From an uncultured Candidatus Babeliaceae bacterium (GTDB lineage: Bacteria; Babelota; Babeliae; Babelales; Babelaceae), in assembly GCA_963704655.1 (NCBI GenBank), contig OY969927.1:672001-736000 (forward strand): a stretch of DNA of 64,000 nt, read 5' to 3'. Every line of letters begins with the position of its first letter. Position 1 is the stretch's first letter. The notes under the pieces are model-generated. The model made no database searches and had not been told where the DNA came from. It was given only the letters and a program-made list of their open reading frames with translations. Shown piece by piece: positions 20,702-30,639 of this stretch. A program made the translations under genes and the position numbers.

Positions 20702-22240
20702 ATGAACACCGTTCAAAGATACAGCTTTATATTTTTGTTAATAGTAATAGTACCGCAAAGAGTAGATGCTTTTCAACAGTCTATGGCCGCCTTACGCAGA
20801 AGTACTCAACAAATATCACCCACTTTACGCAGAAGCACCCAGCAAGTAGCCCCATATATCAGTAAACGTTATTTAACCTCGGCACAAGCAGCAACCATTT
20901 TGGGGGTTCAATCTGGAGCTACCCCACAAGAAATCAAATCGGCTTACCATAAACAGGCTAAACACTGGCATCCAGATTATGCTACTCGAAGAGGGGTTCC
21001 GGCAACTGAAGCTAATAAAAAAATGAGAGAAATTACAGAAGCATTTGATCAACTAAAAAAACAACCAATTTGGCAAAGTGCATATCAATCGAATCAATCA
21101 TCTTACGAGCAACAAGAGCAAACTTATGAACAGAAAGAGGAGCCTAAAAAAGAAAACCCTTCAATGAGCCCAGAACAAGAAAAACAATACGACGAGCTCT
21201 TTAAAGAAGGTTTCAGGTTTGTTAAATCAAAGTTTGCTGACTCTGGCACCCTTTTTACTGATAGCCGCTTTAGTGACAATGAACCAGTCCCACTTTCAAA
21301 TCGCTTAAAATATCTTCAAGAACGCTCGTGGGATGAAAAATCTATATATAGAAACGAAAATTTTTTAGCTTTAGCAGACACCATCGATACGTTTGGAGAA
21401 GCCACCACCTTAGCAGCATTGTTACAACCGGATTTCAAGGGAAACATCTTTGATATTCTAACAGCTCTTATGAATGGCTTAGAACGATATGATAATTACG
21501 TGAAAAAATTTGGAACTAAGACAATTTCAGAAAAAGATCTTAAAAAATTCGCTAAAGTTAAAAATTTTTTAACATACCTGCCTAATGAATATAAAACAGC
21601 TTTATCCCTTTTAAAAATTACGCATGGCCAAAAAGATGCTGTATCGCATGATAAATTTAAACCATTCTTAAACACTATAAAACAGTTTAGCCCTGCAGAA
21701 CTTTCTACATTTTCAAAAAAGTTTGGGCCTCTTGTTATAAATAACGCTAAGCTTTCAGGACTCTTTAATACGTTCTTAAAAGATTTTTTTATTAATATAG
21801 CCAGAGATTTTGAAAATTATTCCCAAGAAGAGACAGAAGTATTTTTGAAGCTTTTTTCAAACTTTTCTTATTCAGTTCAATTGCCTTTATTGGCAAAATG
21901 CACGTATTGGAATTTAAAAGACCCAAAAGAACAGCACGCAGAACGCTACCTTAAGCTTCTTAATACTATTTTAGAATCGCATCAAGACTTACCAACTCAG
22001 GAAGATGTTCTTTTGAAAAAGGAACGTGGTGAACCATTTTTAGATACCATTGGTAGCTACCTAAACCACAGCGAGCATTATAAAAGATTTTTACAGAGTG
22101 GCATGCTTCAAAAAGCTGCTTTTATAATCGATGAAAGCCACCCAGACCAATACCCTAAGCTTACAGAACTTATTTATTACCTTCTAAAAATTCCTAATAA
22201 AACGATCCACCAACAGCTAAGAACCGCTATTTTTGGATAA
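20702..22240 (+). CDS. Secreted J-domain (DnaJ class C) protein
   Basis: Signal peptide (..RVDA); AATILGV..EIKSAYHKQAKHWHPD..EITEAFDQL. Confidence 0.85.
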   Translation: MNTVQRYSFIFLLIVIVPQRVDAFQQSMAALRRSTQQISPTLRRSTQQVAPYISKRYLTSAQAATILGVQSGATPQEIKSAYHKQAKHWHPDYATRRGVPATEANKKMREITEAFDQLKKQPIWQSAYQSNQSSYEQQEQTYEQKEEPKKENPSMSPEQEKQYDELFKEGFRFVKSKFADSGTLFTDSRFSDNEPVPLSNRLKYLQERSWDEKSIYRNENFLALADTIDTFGEATTLAALLQPDFKGNIFDILTALMNGLERYDNYVKKFGTKTISEKDLKKFAKVKNFLTYLPNEYKTALSLLKITHGQKDAVSHDKFKPFLNTIKQFSPAELSTFSKKFGPLVINNAKLSGLFNTFLKDFFINIARDFENYSQEETEVFLKLFSNFSYSVQLPLLAKCTYWNLKDPKEQHAERYLKLLNTILESHQDLPTQEDVLLKKERGEPFLDTIGSYLNHSEHYKRFLQSGMLQKAAFIIDESHPDQYPKLTELIYYLLKIPNKTIHQQLRTAIFG

Positions 22241-22281
22241 CCTATAATATCGATTAATTTTTATCTTGATAAAGTAATTTT

Positions 22282-22309
22282 AGGGGCCCTTATTTGGGGC
22301 CCCTTTTTT
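22282..22309 (+). terminator. Intrinsic terminator
   Basis: aggggccc-ttatttg-gggcccc followed by T-tract. Confidence 0.8.
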
Positions 22310-22446
22310 GAAAACTCACCAATCATATCACCCTGATAAATACTTCAATTTGAAATTAAAGCCATTGACTTTCGAGCCAGCGCCATTTTATAATAAAAAT
22401 AAAGAATGCATTTATCTCAAAATTTATTTGTAAAAGAAGGATCATT

Positions 22447-23790
22447 ATGAACACTTATACTAAAAGTGCCTTATTTATAACACTTTTGAGCACAATTTCA
22501 ATGCTTGAATGTATGACGGCAAGAAGCGCACAAGGCTTAAGTGCTATTCGTCAAGGGGTTGCTGGAACAGCCAGAACATCAATAGTTGGAACGGCGCGAG
22601 GATCAGGTTTACGCTCAGCAAGCCAAGCAGCTAAACAACAAACGTCTTTTTTCCAACGTGGATATTCTCAAATGTCGCGCGAAGAAGCGGCAAATATATT
22701 TCGCTTACCTAAAAATGCAACCGCTGAAGAGATAACCGCTAAATATAGACAGTTAGCAAAAGAATACCACCCTGACATAAATCCAACAGGGGCAAAAAAT
22801 ATGCAAAACATAAATCTTGCACGCGAGACATTATTAAAGAAGACGGGGGAAGCCACTGTTCAAGAAGCATCTGCAGCAAAAGCAGCACAAGAACAAGCCA
22901 GCCAGGCCTCTGAATACTTTAAAAACATATCTGAAATTTATAAAGATAGTTTAAACAAAGGCTTAGAGAGCCTCAAAAATTCTTTGAAGGAAGCTGAACA
23001 AAAATTTGATAAAACACTAAATGATCTTAAAAAAGCTGGCAAAGAATATAACTTCCAGGCTTTATACGATGAGTACATATCCAAAAACGCTTTTTTGGCA
23101 CGTGAAAATGCTCAAAAGATGGTGCAAAATGCCCAAAAAGTTGCAGAATCAATAGGTGAAAACCTCTCAAAAAAATTCAAGACTTTAAACCTTGATCAAT
23201 ACCCCGAATATAAAACATTGTATCAAAAAACAATGCAAGAAATCAAAAATGATCAAGCTAAAACTGTCAAATTCATTGAAAGTTCCATGGCGTTATCCAA
23301 TCAATCTTTACATTCCGCTAAAATGGCTACTGCAGAATCTTATCACTTATGCTATCAAAAAATACGCGAGCAGCTTTATTCAGTCTACTTTAAAGATATA
23401 GTTTATGTTCTAGAAAACGATCTTAAAGCACTCACAAAAGGTGAAAAAATTCGCATTCTAGAAAAATTTAATAAGGAATTCGATTACGCATCAGAATTAT
23501 TCGCTAGCATGAATGTAACTCCAGAAGTATTTGCAAAAAGTCTTGATAAGTTAATAACTTCGATGCAACGTATTACTGGAGAAGTTATTACTGATGCTGC
23601 AGGAAGTGCGAGCAGAACGGCTCAAAAACTTCAATATTCACAGTTTATGAGCCGACTAGGCGCAGGTCTTGGCGCTGCAGCTGTCGGTGCATATTTTTGG
23701 CCTAAATCAGAAACTAAACCAGAACAAAAAGAAGTAGCGGCTAAACCACCTGTTGAAACATCTCAAGTATCCCAGGCGCCAGCAAAATAG
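22447..23790 (+). CDS. Secreted J-domain protein with coiled coil and C-terminal TM segment
   Basis: Signal peptide; MSREEAANIF..YRQLAKEYHPD..INLARETL; LGAGLGAAAVGAYFW. Confidence 0.85.
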   Translation: MNTYTKSALFITLLSTISMLECMTARSAQGLSAIRQGVAGTARTSIVGTARGSGLRSASQAAKQQTSFFQRGYSQMSREEAANIFRLPKNATAEEITAKYRQLAKEYHPDINPTGAKNMQNINLARETLLKKTGEATVQEASAAKAAQEQASQASEYFKNISEIYKDSLNKGLESLKNSLKEAEQKFDKTLNDLKKAGKEYNFQALYDEYISKNAFLARENAQKMVQNAQKVAESIGENLSKKFKTLNLDQYPEYKTLYQKTMQEIKNDQAKTVKFIESSMALSNQSLHSAKMATAESYHLCYQKIREQLYSVYFKDIVYVLENDLKALTKGEKIRILEKFNKEFDYASELFASMNVTPEVFAKSLDKLITSMQRITGEVITDAAGSASRTAQKLQYSQFMSRLGAGLGAAAVGAYFWPKSETKPEQKEVAAKPPVETSQVSQAPAK

Positions 23791-23799
23791 AGTAAAAAT

Positions 23800-23822
23800 A
23801 GGGGCTCCAACTGGAGCCCTTT
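23800..23822. terminator. Bidirectional terminator
   Basis: gggctcca-ac-tggagccc inverted repeat with A/T flanks. Confidence 0.75.
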
Positions 23823-23826
23823 CTGT

Positions 23827-23861
23827 TTAAAACGCATTGCCCAGTGTCAAAAAACATGCAT
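23827..23861 (-). repeat. Remnant copy of the tamA 3' end
   Basis: 30/35 nt identical to 24520-24554; reads ACFLTLGNAF* vs AWFLTLGNAF*. Confidence 0.9.
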
Positions 23862-23877
23862 GCATATGATATATTGC

Positions 23878-24216
23878 TTATAAAAGTTTGTTACAAACCT
23901 GACGAAATATTTTTTTAAAAGCCACTTGATCTATTTCACCTAGCTGCCCGATTTTTTTATGTATTAAACGATTATCAAGCGTAAAGAGCTTCATACGAAT
24001 TAATGAAGCAGAAGGTAAATTTGTGGATACTAAATCTGCAATAACATGATCATGCGCTCTTTGCTGATGAAGAGCAGAACTTATCATTACCAAAATAACT
24101 GAGCCGTCTCTATTAAATTCAGCATCAGATAAGACCAAAGCTGGCCGTATTTTTGTTTGCAGAGAATCGACAAAGGGGAAAGGGACAATAACAATATCAA
24201 AGCTTTTGTAGATCAC
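23878..24216 (-). CDS. PemK/MazF-family toxin
   Basis: FDIVIVPFPFVD...KIRPALVLS; probable GTG start overlapping the antitoxin. Confidence 0.9.
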   Translation of the reverse strand: MIYKSFDIVIVPFPFVDSLQTKIRPALVLSDAEFNRDGSVILVMISSALHQQRAHDHVIADLVSTNLPSASLIRMKLFTLDNRLIHKKIGQLGEIDQVAFKKIFRQVCNKLL

Positions 24217-24430
24217 GGTATGCCTTTTCATCTTCTTCTGAATCCCATTCAGATAACGTCTGTGCAACGGCTTTTAAATAAGTTTTATCAAGTGAATCTA
24301 TTTTTTTCAAAACAACCACACCTTCAATTATTTCAAAAATCACAGAATCACCGATTTTTAATTTCAATTGTTTACGTATTTCAGCTGGAATAGTTGTCTG
24401 GAATTTACTCGTAACCTTAACTATTTTCAT
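24197..24430 (-). CDS. AbrB/MazE/SpoVT-family antitoxin
   Basis: KVTSKFQTTIPAEIRKQL..GD; acidic tail EWDSEEDEKAY. Confidence 0.9.
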   Translation of the reverse strand: MKIVKVTSKFQTTIPAEIRKQLKLKIGDSVIFEIIEGVVVLKKIDSLDKTYLKAVAQTLSEWDSEEDEKAYRDLQKL

Positions 24431-24519
24431 AAGAGAGCCCTTCTGGTAAAATTCTTACGATTCTTACCAATAAGAATACCATAGGCTTACTTTCAAAACA
24501 ATATTAAACTCTATAAATT

Positions 24520-27168
24520 TTAAAACGCATTACCTAATGTCAAAAACCACGCATACGAAGCTTGGTCATAGTAAGATTGGTTGCCGGGGAATTTTTTCCA
24601 TTTCCACCCAATATCAAAGCGCAATGGCCCAACAGGGGTGTTCCAGCGTAAGCCAAAGCCAGAGGCACCAATAATATCTTTTGCATGAATATCGGTAATG
24701 GCACTTTGCGTAAGAAGCCCAATATCAGTAAACAATGTTCCACCAAGTGATCTAAAAATCGTAAAACGCAACTCAAAGTTGCCATTCATCATAGTTTTGC
24801 CACCTGTGGGAACAACAATAACTTCTTGATTGCAATTAGTGTAAAAGTTTAATGGTGGAGCAAGATCCGGTTCATAACCACGCAACGAATAAGCACCGCC
24901 TAAATAAAATCGCTCTGGTGGCATTATGGCAGAAAATTGCTGATACACAATTGTCCCCAAGCGTAAACGTATTGCTAACACGGTATGCGATGGCTTGTGC
25001 AGCGGAATATAACTTCCCTGCTCTAATAAAAATTTTATAAAAGCAGCATCGCGAACTCCTAAAGGAGCAAATGCTTTTGATGAAAGAACTAAGTACCAGC
25101 CTGCAAGTGGGTCAAGGCGATTATCAACATCACTGACATATACTGACGGCTCACAAAAAAAGTAGGGAATTCGTTTATCAACAAAGCGTGTAGTAAAATC
25201 TATTGCCTGTGAAAGCGTTTTTGAAATATCAGAAATCTGCATCCAATCAATACCGCTTGTTAATCCCCACTGGAAACCAAAAATATCTTGCGATAAACCC
25301 CATAAAAAACCATCTTGTGCGTAACGGTATAATATTTCACGTGAACCGATAACAACTGGCTGATCATAACGGTTACTATAAAGTTTAAATTGCTGTTTTA
25401 TCGGCAGGTTACCTAAAAATGCTAATTGATACATAAGCATGGCATACCGTAAAAAACGTGTAATATCAAACTGCACAGAAAAAATATCTGCTGCTTTGCG
25501 TGGATTTTTCCATAAAAATGTTCCACCAAATTTATATGTTGCACCGCCGCGCCAGGTGAAGTTGGTACCAACACCTTGAAAACCTGCACGCGCACGCACT
25601 TCAAATGGGTCACTATCTTGTAGCTGAATATGGACTATCTTTTCATCTTCTTTTGTAGCGATGTTTTCTGGAAATACCGTTACCTGATCAAAAACACCAA
25701 AATTGCGTATCATTGCCGCTGTTTCATCTAACTTTTTTTTATTCCACGTATCACCCTTTTTATACTTTACCGCTCGTTCTATAATAGTATTTGACACGAT
25801 ACAAGAACCTTTAATATGTGTAGCACCAAAAGCAACTTTTTTGTTATCAGAAAAATGCCATTCTAAAACATGCTCGCCATCGTGCATAACAAATTGGGGT
25901 ATTACATGGGTGTACAAATACCCTTTTTCATGCAACTGTTTTTGTAAAAACTTTCGCATGCGCCCAATAAGAGTGCTATCTACAATTAACGGTATCTTTT
26001 GTTGTAACGTAACGTGTTGCTGTTGATAATAGGGTGCATGTTTTTTACACCAACTTTGACGATAGAGTAATGTTAAGAGCCCTTCAAAATCTTCGCCTAT
26101 AATTTTTGTTACAGTCAGTTGCTCGCCAAGATCAACGGTAACAGCAAGTTCATAGTTCCCCGATGGTAACTTATGCATCTGTGTGTCATGAATTTTAACT
26201 TTCCAATATCCCTGCTGAACAAGATATAATGTAAATGCTGATACCGCTTGCAATATTTTTTTATGATCATAACGCGTTGAAACAAGTCCCTTAAAGAATG
26301 CGCTGCGTTGAATTAAACAATCGTCAACGCCATGAACACTTACACGCTCAATTAAAGCTTGTGAACCTTCTTTAATAGAAAATAAAAGATTTAATGGTTC
26401 ATCGTAATACTCAATTTCGACATCTAAATAACCCTGTTTATGATAACGATCACGAAGCTCCTGAGCAAGTAACTCGGGTGGAATTATAGGTAGCGCTTTA
26501 CCAAACTCTGCACATGTCTGATACAACTGTTGCGCAGTAAAAAAAGAATTTCCAACAAATGTAAACCTTTTTTTATCATGCAATGAACAGTTAAATTGAA
26601 TATCAACAAGGGAATTTTCATCATGTCTTAATTGTTCCATTTCAATAGATGCAAAGAGATACCCCTTTTTTGCAAAGTAAGCAGATATCATTCGTGCCTG
26701 AGCATCAAGCAAATCCTGTGCACAGTATGCATTTTTTAGACGCGATTCAAGACGCTGATGTAATTTTTTAAAAATCTCTTCAACGCCATCTTTTTGCACG
26801 ATTTCATTTCGCAATTGACAGGTAACTGAACGTATCGTAAATAGTGGCCCTGATTTAATCGAAAGGTGCACATGCGCGGTATGGCGAGTTTGATCAAAAT
26901 TAATACGTGATTCTACATGGGCAGTAAGATACCCAAGTCGCTTAAGATACTTTTCAATTGCGCGTATACCATCTTCATGCTCTGCCTGTTTAAATGGTAC
27001 GCCTTTTGAAAGTCGATAAAGTTTTTTATAGAGGTCTTTGCCGGTAAAAATACCGGAAATTGAAATTTTACGTATAGTATATTCGGGTAAATTTTCAGCA
27101 GCTAAGTTTATACTGCTTGTGCACAGGTACAAAATTATATGCATGATCAAAAGATGTACGCGTTTCAT
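24520..27168 (-). CDS. Omp85-family (TamA/BamA-like) outer membrane protein with POTRA domains
   Basis: ERFYLGGAYSLRGY, GFGLRWNTPVGPLRFD, C-terminal GNAF; several POTRA GY motifs. Confidence 0.92.
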   Translation of the reverse strand: MKRVHLLIMHIILYLCTSSINLAAENLPEYTIRKISISGIFTGKDLYKKLYRLSKGVPFKQAEHEDGIRAIEKYLKRLGYLTAHVESRINFDQTRHTAHVHLSIKSGPLFTIRSVTCQLRNEIVQKDGVEEIFKKLHQRLESRLKNAYCAQDLLDAQARMISAYFAKKGYLFASIEMEQLRHDENSLVDIQFNCSLHDKKRFTFVGNSFFTAQQLYQTCAEFGKALPIIPPELLAQELRDRYHKQGYLDVEIEYYDEPLNLLFSIKEGSQALIERVSVHGVDDCLIQRSAFFKGLVSTRYDHKKILQAVSAFTLYLVQQGYWKVKIHDTQMHKLPSGNYELAVTVDLGEQLTVTKIIGEDFEGLLTLLYRQSWCKKHAPYYQQQHVTLQQKIPLIVDSTLIGRMRKFLQKQLHEKGYLYTHVIPQFVMHDGEHVLEWHFSDNKKVAFGATHIKGSCIVSNTIIERAVKYKKGDTWNKKKLDETAAMIRNFGVFDQVTVFPENIATKEDEKIVHIQLQDSDPFEVRARAGFQGVGTNFTWRGGATYKFGGTFLWKNPRKAADIFSVQFDITRFLRYAMLMYQLAFLGNLPIKQQFKLYSNRYDQPVVIGSREILYRYAQDGFLWGLSQDIFGFQWGLTSGIDWMQISDISKTLSQAIDFTTRFVDKRIPYFFCEPSVYVSDVDNRLDPLAGWYLVLSSKAFAPLGVRDAAFIKFLLEQGSYIPLHKPSHTVLAIRLRLGTIVYQQFSAIMPPERFYLGGAYSLRGYEPDLAPPLNFYTNCNQEVIVVPTGGKTMMNGNFELRFTIFRSLGGTLFTDIGLLTQSAITDIHAKDIIGASGFGLRWNTPVGPLRFDIGWKWKKFPGNQSYYDQASYAWFLTLGNAF

Positions 27169-27198
27169 ACCCTAAATATAATTATAGATTAAAATGAC

Positions 27199-27320
27199 CG
27201 CCCGCATGGATGGTGCGAAACGCACTGTCTTGACTACGCTCACCACGAGCGGCCGCACCCCGCTCATCCCAAGTGCCCGAAGTAGCGTTTACGCAAAAGA
27301 CGGTTGTATCTGAGGAGTAA
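27199..27320. repeat. Composite degenerate palindromic repeat
   Basis: cgcccgcatggat...gctcaccacgagcggccgc shared with 36624-36662; internal gtgcGAAAcgcac hairpin. Confidence 0.65.
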
Positions 27321-27356
27321 GAGGAAAACGTTAAGCAAGATTTCTGTATAATTAGA

Positions 27357-27635
27357 TTAGAGCATTATACGAAAAACGCCACGGTAATCTTTATCTTTCA
27401 AGAATGGGTCGATAATAACATCTTGGCCGCCTTGAGCAGCAATAACTTCATCAACCTTATCTAAAAAAGTATCCAGATCTGCAGAAACGCCGCAAGCAAT
27501 AATTTTTACCGTCTCCGGGGTACTTGCCATTACAAAACCTTCAAGCTTACACTCAAGGGCCTGTTTTTGAAGGGCGTTCAAGAGCTTCTCGCTTGAACGT
27601 TGCACGCTAAACGTCATTTTAATACATCGGCTCAT
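27357..27635 (-). CDS. Acylphosphatase-like fold protein (degenerate)
   Basis: 92 aa; QA...LEGFV...VKIIACG..DLDTFL pattern; lacks VQGVxFR. Confidence 0.55.
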   Translation of the reverse strand: MSRCIKMTFSVQRSSEKLLNALQKQALECKLEGFVMASTPETVKIIACGVSADLDTFLDKVDEVIAAQGGQDVIIDPFLKDKDYRGVFRIML

Positions 27636-27783
27636 GGCTTTCTCCTTACTAGAGATGATTCATTTAATAAAAGGTAACAAAAAATCGACGCACTTTGCAA
27701 TTTTTAGTATAATAGTAAAAATAACTATGCTCGTGCTCAGCAAAGTTCCTTGTCACCCCTACCATTTTTTGGACAAAAAACTT

Positions 27784-29208
27784 ATGAATACTCCTGTTCG
27801 CGTTCGATTTGCGCCGTCTCCAACTGGTTTTATGCATCTTGGTAATGTAAGAACCGCCCTTATAAACTATCTATTTGCACAACATTATCAAGGCACTTTT
27901 ATTGTGCGCATCGAAGATACCGATCAGCAAAGAATGTTTGATGAAAGGGCACAGGGCATTTTACGCGACCTGCAATGGCTTGACCTTACGTTTCAAGAGG
28001 GTCCTGGCGTCGGCGGACCACATGCGCCTTACTACCAATCAGAGAGAAATGCACTCTATCAGGAATATCTTGATATTTGTATAGCACAGAAAAAAGTTTA
28101 TCGCTGCTTTTGCACAACAGAAGAGCTTGAAAAAAAACGTGAACGGCAAATAGCCCAAAAGCTGCCGCCACGCTATGATAGAACCTGTCTTAATTCAAGC
28201 CAAGAGACAATTCAAAAAAATTTGGATTCTGGCGTACCATTTATTTGGCGCTTTAAATTATCTGATGAAAACGTCACTATTGTGGATCTTGCACGTGGAC
28301 CGATTTCGTATAATTTAAAACACTTTTCTGATTTTGCCATAACACGCCAAGATGGCAGCTGCACGTTTATCTTTGCTAACTTTGTTGATGATGTTGTCAT
28401 GGAAATCACCCATGTCATCAGGGGCGAAGACCATTTAAGCAATACCGCAAGCCAAGCAGCTTTATATCTAGGCCTTGGGAAAAAGCTTCCTATTTTTTGG
28501 CACCTACCTATTATTGCCAATACTGACGGCAAAAAACTTTCAAAGCGTGACTTTGGTTTTTCATTAAACGATCTACGTAATGCTGGCTATCTGCCTGAAG
28601 CGATCACCAACTATCTTGCTATTTTAGGGGCGGCATTTAAACAAAATAGCGCAACATCTGAAATTATGTCACTTAAAGAAATAGTCTCTGCTTTCGATTT
28701 TGATCATATCACCTCTACGGGTCAAATTAAGTACGATATTGAAAAGTTACGCTGGATCAACCAAAAGTGGATTCAAAAAATCCCATTTGAAGATTTCAAA
28801 AATCGTATTGCACCATTATTTGAGCATAAACTTGATAACACCTTTGACGGATTGCTCATAGCAATCAAACCTGAGCTTATGACTTTACATGACGTTATTG
28901 AAAAAACAAAATTCTATTTCGAGGCGCCACGTATTGTTATAAACGAACTGCCTGAAAGCGAAAAAGCTGTTCTACCAGTTCTTAAAGAAGTTCTTTCACA
29001 AACGGGTAATACCATCGCAGACCCTGAAGCTTTTGTAAAAAGCGTAGCTGCGCAAGCAAAAACGCTCGGGCTGCCCATGAAGTCTGTTTATGCGCTCATG
29101 CGTATAGCGCTTACCGGTACGGCACAGGGGTTGGGAATTAAAGATCTTATTCTGCTTTTGGGAAGCCAAGAAAGTTATAAACGATTTTCAGCTTTAATTA
29201 CTGAATGA
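27784..29208 (+). CDS. gltX: Glutamyl-tRNA synthetase
   Basis: VRVRFAPSPTG.MHLG, RIEDTD, HVIRGEDH, KLSKR. Confidence 0.97.
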   Translation: MNTPVRVRFAPSPTGFMHLGNVRTALINYLFAQHYQGTFIVRIEDTDQQRMFDERAQGILRDLQWLDLTFQEGPGVGGPHAPYYQSERNALYQEYLDICIAQKKVYRCFCTTEELEKKRERQIAQKLPPRYDRTCLNSSQETIQKNLDSGVPFIWRFKLSDENVTIVDLARGPISYNLKHFSDFAITRQDGSCTFIFANFVDDVVMEITHVIRGEDHLSNTASQAALYLGLGKKLPIFWHLPIIANTDGKKLSKRDFGFSLNDLRNAGYLPEAITNYLAILGAAFKQNSATSEIMSLKEIVSAFDFDHITSTGQIKYDIEKLRWINQKWIQKIPFEDFKNRIAPLFEHKLDNTFDGLLIAIKPELMTLHDVIEKTKFYFEAPRIVINELPESEKAVLPVLKEVLSQTGNTIADPEAFVKSVAAQAKTLGLPMKSVYALMRIALTGTAQGLGIKDLILLLGSQESYKRFSALITE

Positions 29209-29408
29209 ACCAACTGTAATTTTTCTAAATAAGCCATACATTGCAAAAAATCTTTTTCTTGTTCACAAGGAACAAAGAACTCAAAGATTCCTTTTTGAGC
29301 GTCTAAGGTGCGATCAAATGCGATATGTTCGTAATAACGAAATGTCGCAACAAAAAGGTTGGTTGTTTTAATAATTACAGACGCTTGATAATAGAGACAT
29401 TTATTCAT
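29175..29408 (-). CDS. Small hypothetical protein (DUF4911-like)
   Basis: 77 aa; FRYYEHIAFDRTLD..GIFEFFVP. Confidence 0.5.
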   Translation of the reverse strand: MNKCLYYQASVIIKTTNLFVATFRYYEHIAFDRTLDAQKGIFEFFVPCEQEKDFLQCMAYLEKLQLVHSVIKAENRL

Positions 29409-29460
29409 ACAATAACTAATACTTTTTAATTTATTTTTTTATCTTATCTTTAAGGATATC

Positions 29461-30639
29461 ATGACACAGGTCAAACACCAAAAAATATCGCTCTTTATGG
29501 CAACGGTTGCCGGAGTAAACGCCATGGTAGGCGCAAGTATATTTATTAACCCTGCAGCTTTACAGACATCTGTCGGCCCAGCAGCAATATTTACCTACAT
29601 AGGCGTTATTGCAGCAGTTTGGGTTATGGCACTCGCTCTTGCACGCGTTGCGGCATTATATCCAAAAGAAGGCGCATTTTATACCTATGCATCTGAATGG
29701 GGCGGCCACACAATGGGCGTTATTGCAAGCCTTGCTTACCTTTTTGGGTTAACACTTGCAATGGGATTACTTACACGACTAACCGGCATGTATCTTTCAC
29801 ACTACTTCCCGAGTGTACCTCAAGAAGTTTTAGCGCTCTCTGCTTTATGGCTGTTAGTTGGACTTAATATGGCTGGGGCAACGCTTACCAAAGTTGGTCA
29901 AATTATTTTAATAGTTCTCACCATCGCGCCTGTTATATTGGTAATTGGGCTCTGCCTTGGTAAAGCGAATGTTAACAATCTCACACCATTTATGCCCTAT
30001 GGCTATTCAAGTTTAATTTATGCAATTAAAGCAGTAATTTTTGGTTTTTTTGGATTTGAAACAGCAGCATCTTTGTATAATCTTGTTGAACATCCAGAAA
30101 AAAATGTTCCACGCGCGTTAACTTACTCAATAATTATCGTAGGCGGAATTTATCTGCTTTTTATTACATCGATCTTTTTAGCAATACCACGCGAACTTTT
30201 CACTCATGCAGAAATTCCACTTTCTGAAGTATTATTGGCAATGTTTCCACAATATACGTGGCTTGTAGATGTTATACGCCTAAGTATTATTATCACCATT
30301 GCTGGCACATTACATGCTTTAATTTGGTCATTGGGTGAATTATTATGTGCAACAATGCGCAGAGTAAGCTCAAACATAAAACTTCCATTAGCGGCAGCAG
30401 TTGTCTCTATTGGTCTTATAGTAAGCTTTAACTATTTAGTATTTAAAAACCTTAATCTGTTTTTTAATTTATGCGCACTCTTTTTAGTATTTAGCTACGG
30501 AACAAGTATTGCAGCATTATTATATGGACCTGCAAAAAAAACCATGGAAACAAAAATACTCGGTTACAGTGGGCTTGCTGTTGCGTTATTTATCATGAGT
30601 GTTGCGCTCTTTGAAGTAATATCCATTATAACACGTTGA
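29461..30639 (+). CDS. APC-family amino acid permease
   Basis: MVGASIF, YPKEGAFYTY, FFGFETA, PEKNVPRA; many TM helices. Confidence 0.9.
   Translation: MTQVKHQKISLFMATVAGVNAMVGASIFINPAALQTSVGPAAIFTYIGVIAAVWVMALALARVAALYPKEGAFYTYASEWGGHTMGVIASLAYLFGLTLAMGLLTRLTGMYLSHYFPSVPQEVLALSALWLLVGLNMAGATLTKVGQIILIVLTIAPVILVIGLCLGKANVNNLTPFMPYGYSSLIYAIKAVIFGFFGFETAASLYNLVEHPEKNVPRALTYSIIIVGGIYLLFITSIFLAIPRELFTHAEIPLSEVLLAMFPQYTWLVDVIRLSIIITIAGTLHALIWSLGELLCATMRRVSSNIKLPLAAAVVSIGLIVSFNYLVFKNLNLFFNLCALFLVFSYGTSIAALLYGPAKKTMETKILGYSGLAVALFIMSVALFEVISIITR

Noticed and set aside
27634-27783. 50-aa N-terminal extension of GltX (similar extensions on potC, PBP1A and the 58647 ORF)
   Set aside because: Longest-ORF artefacts overlapping promoters, repeats or neighbours; downstream ATGs match the family N-termini.
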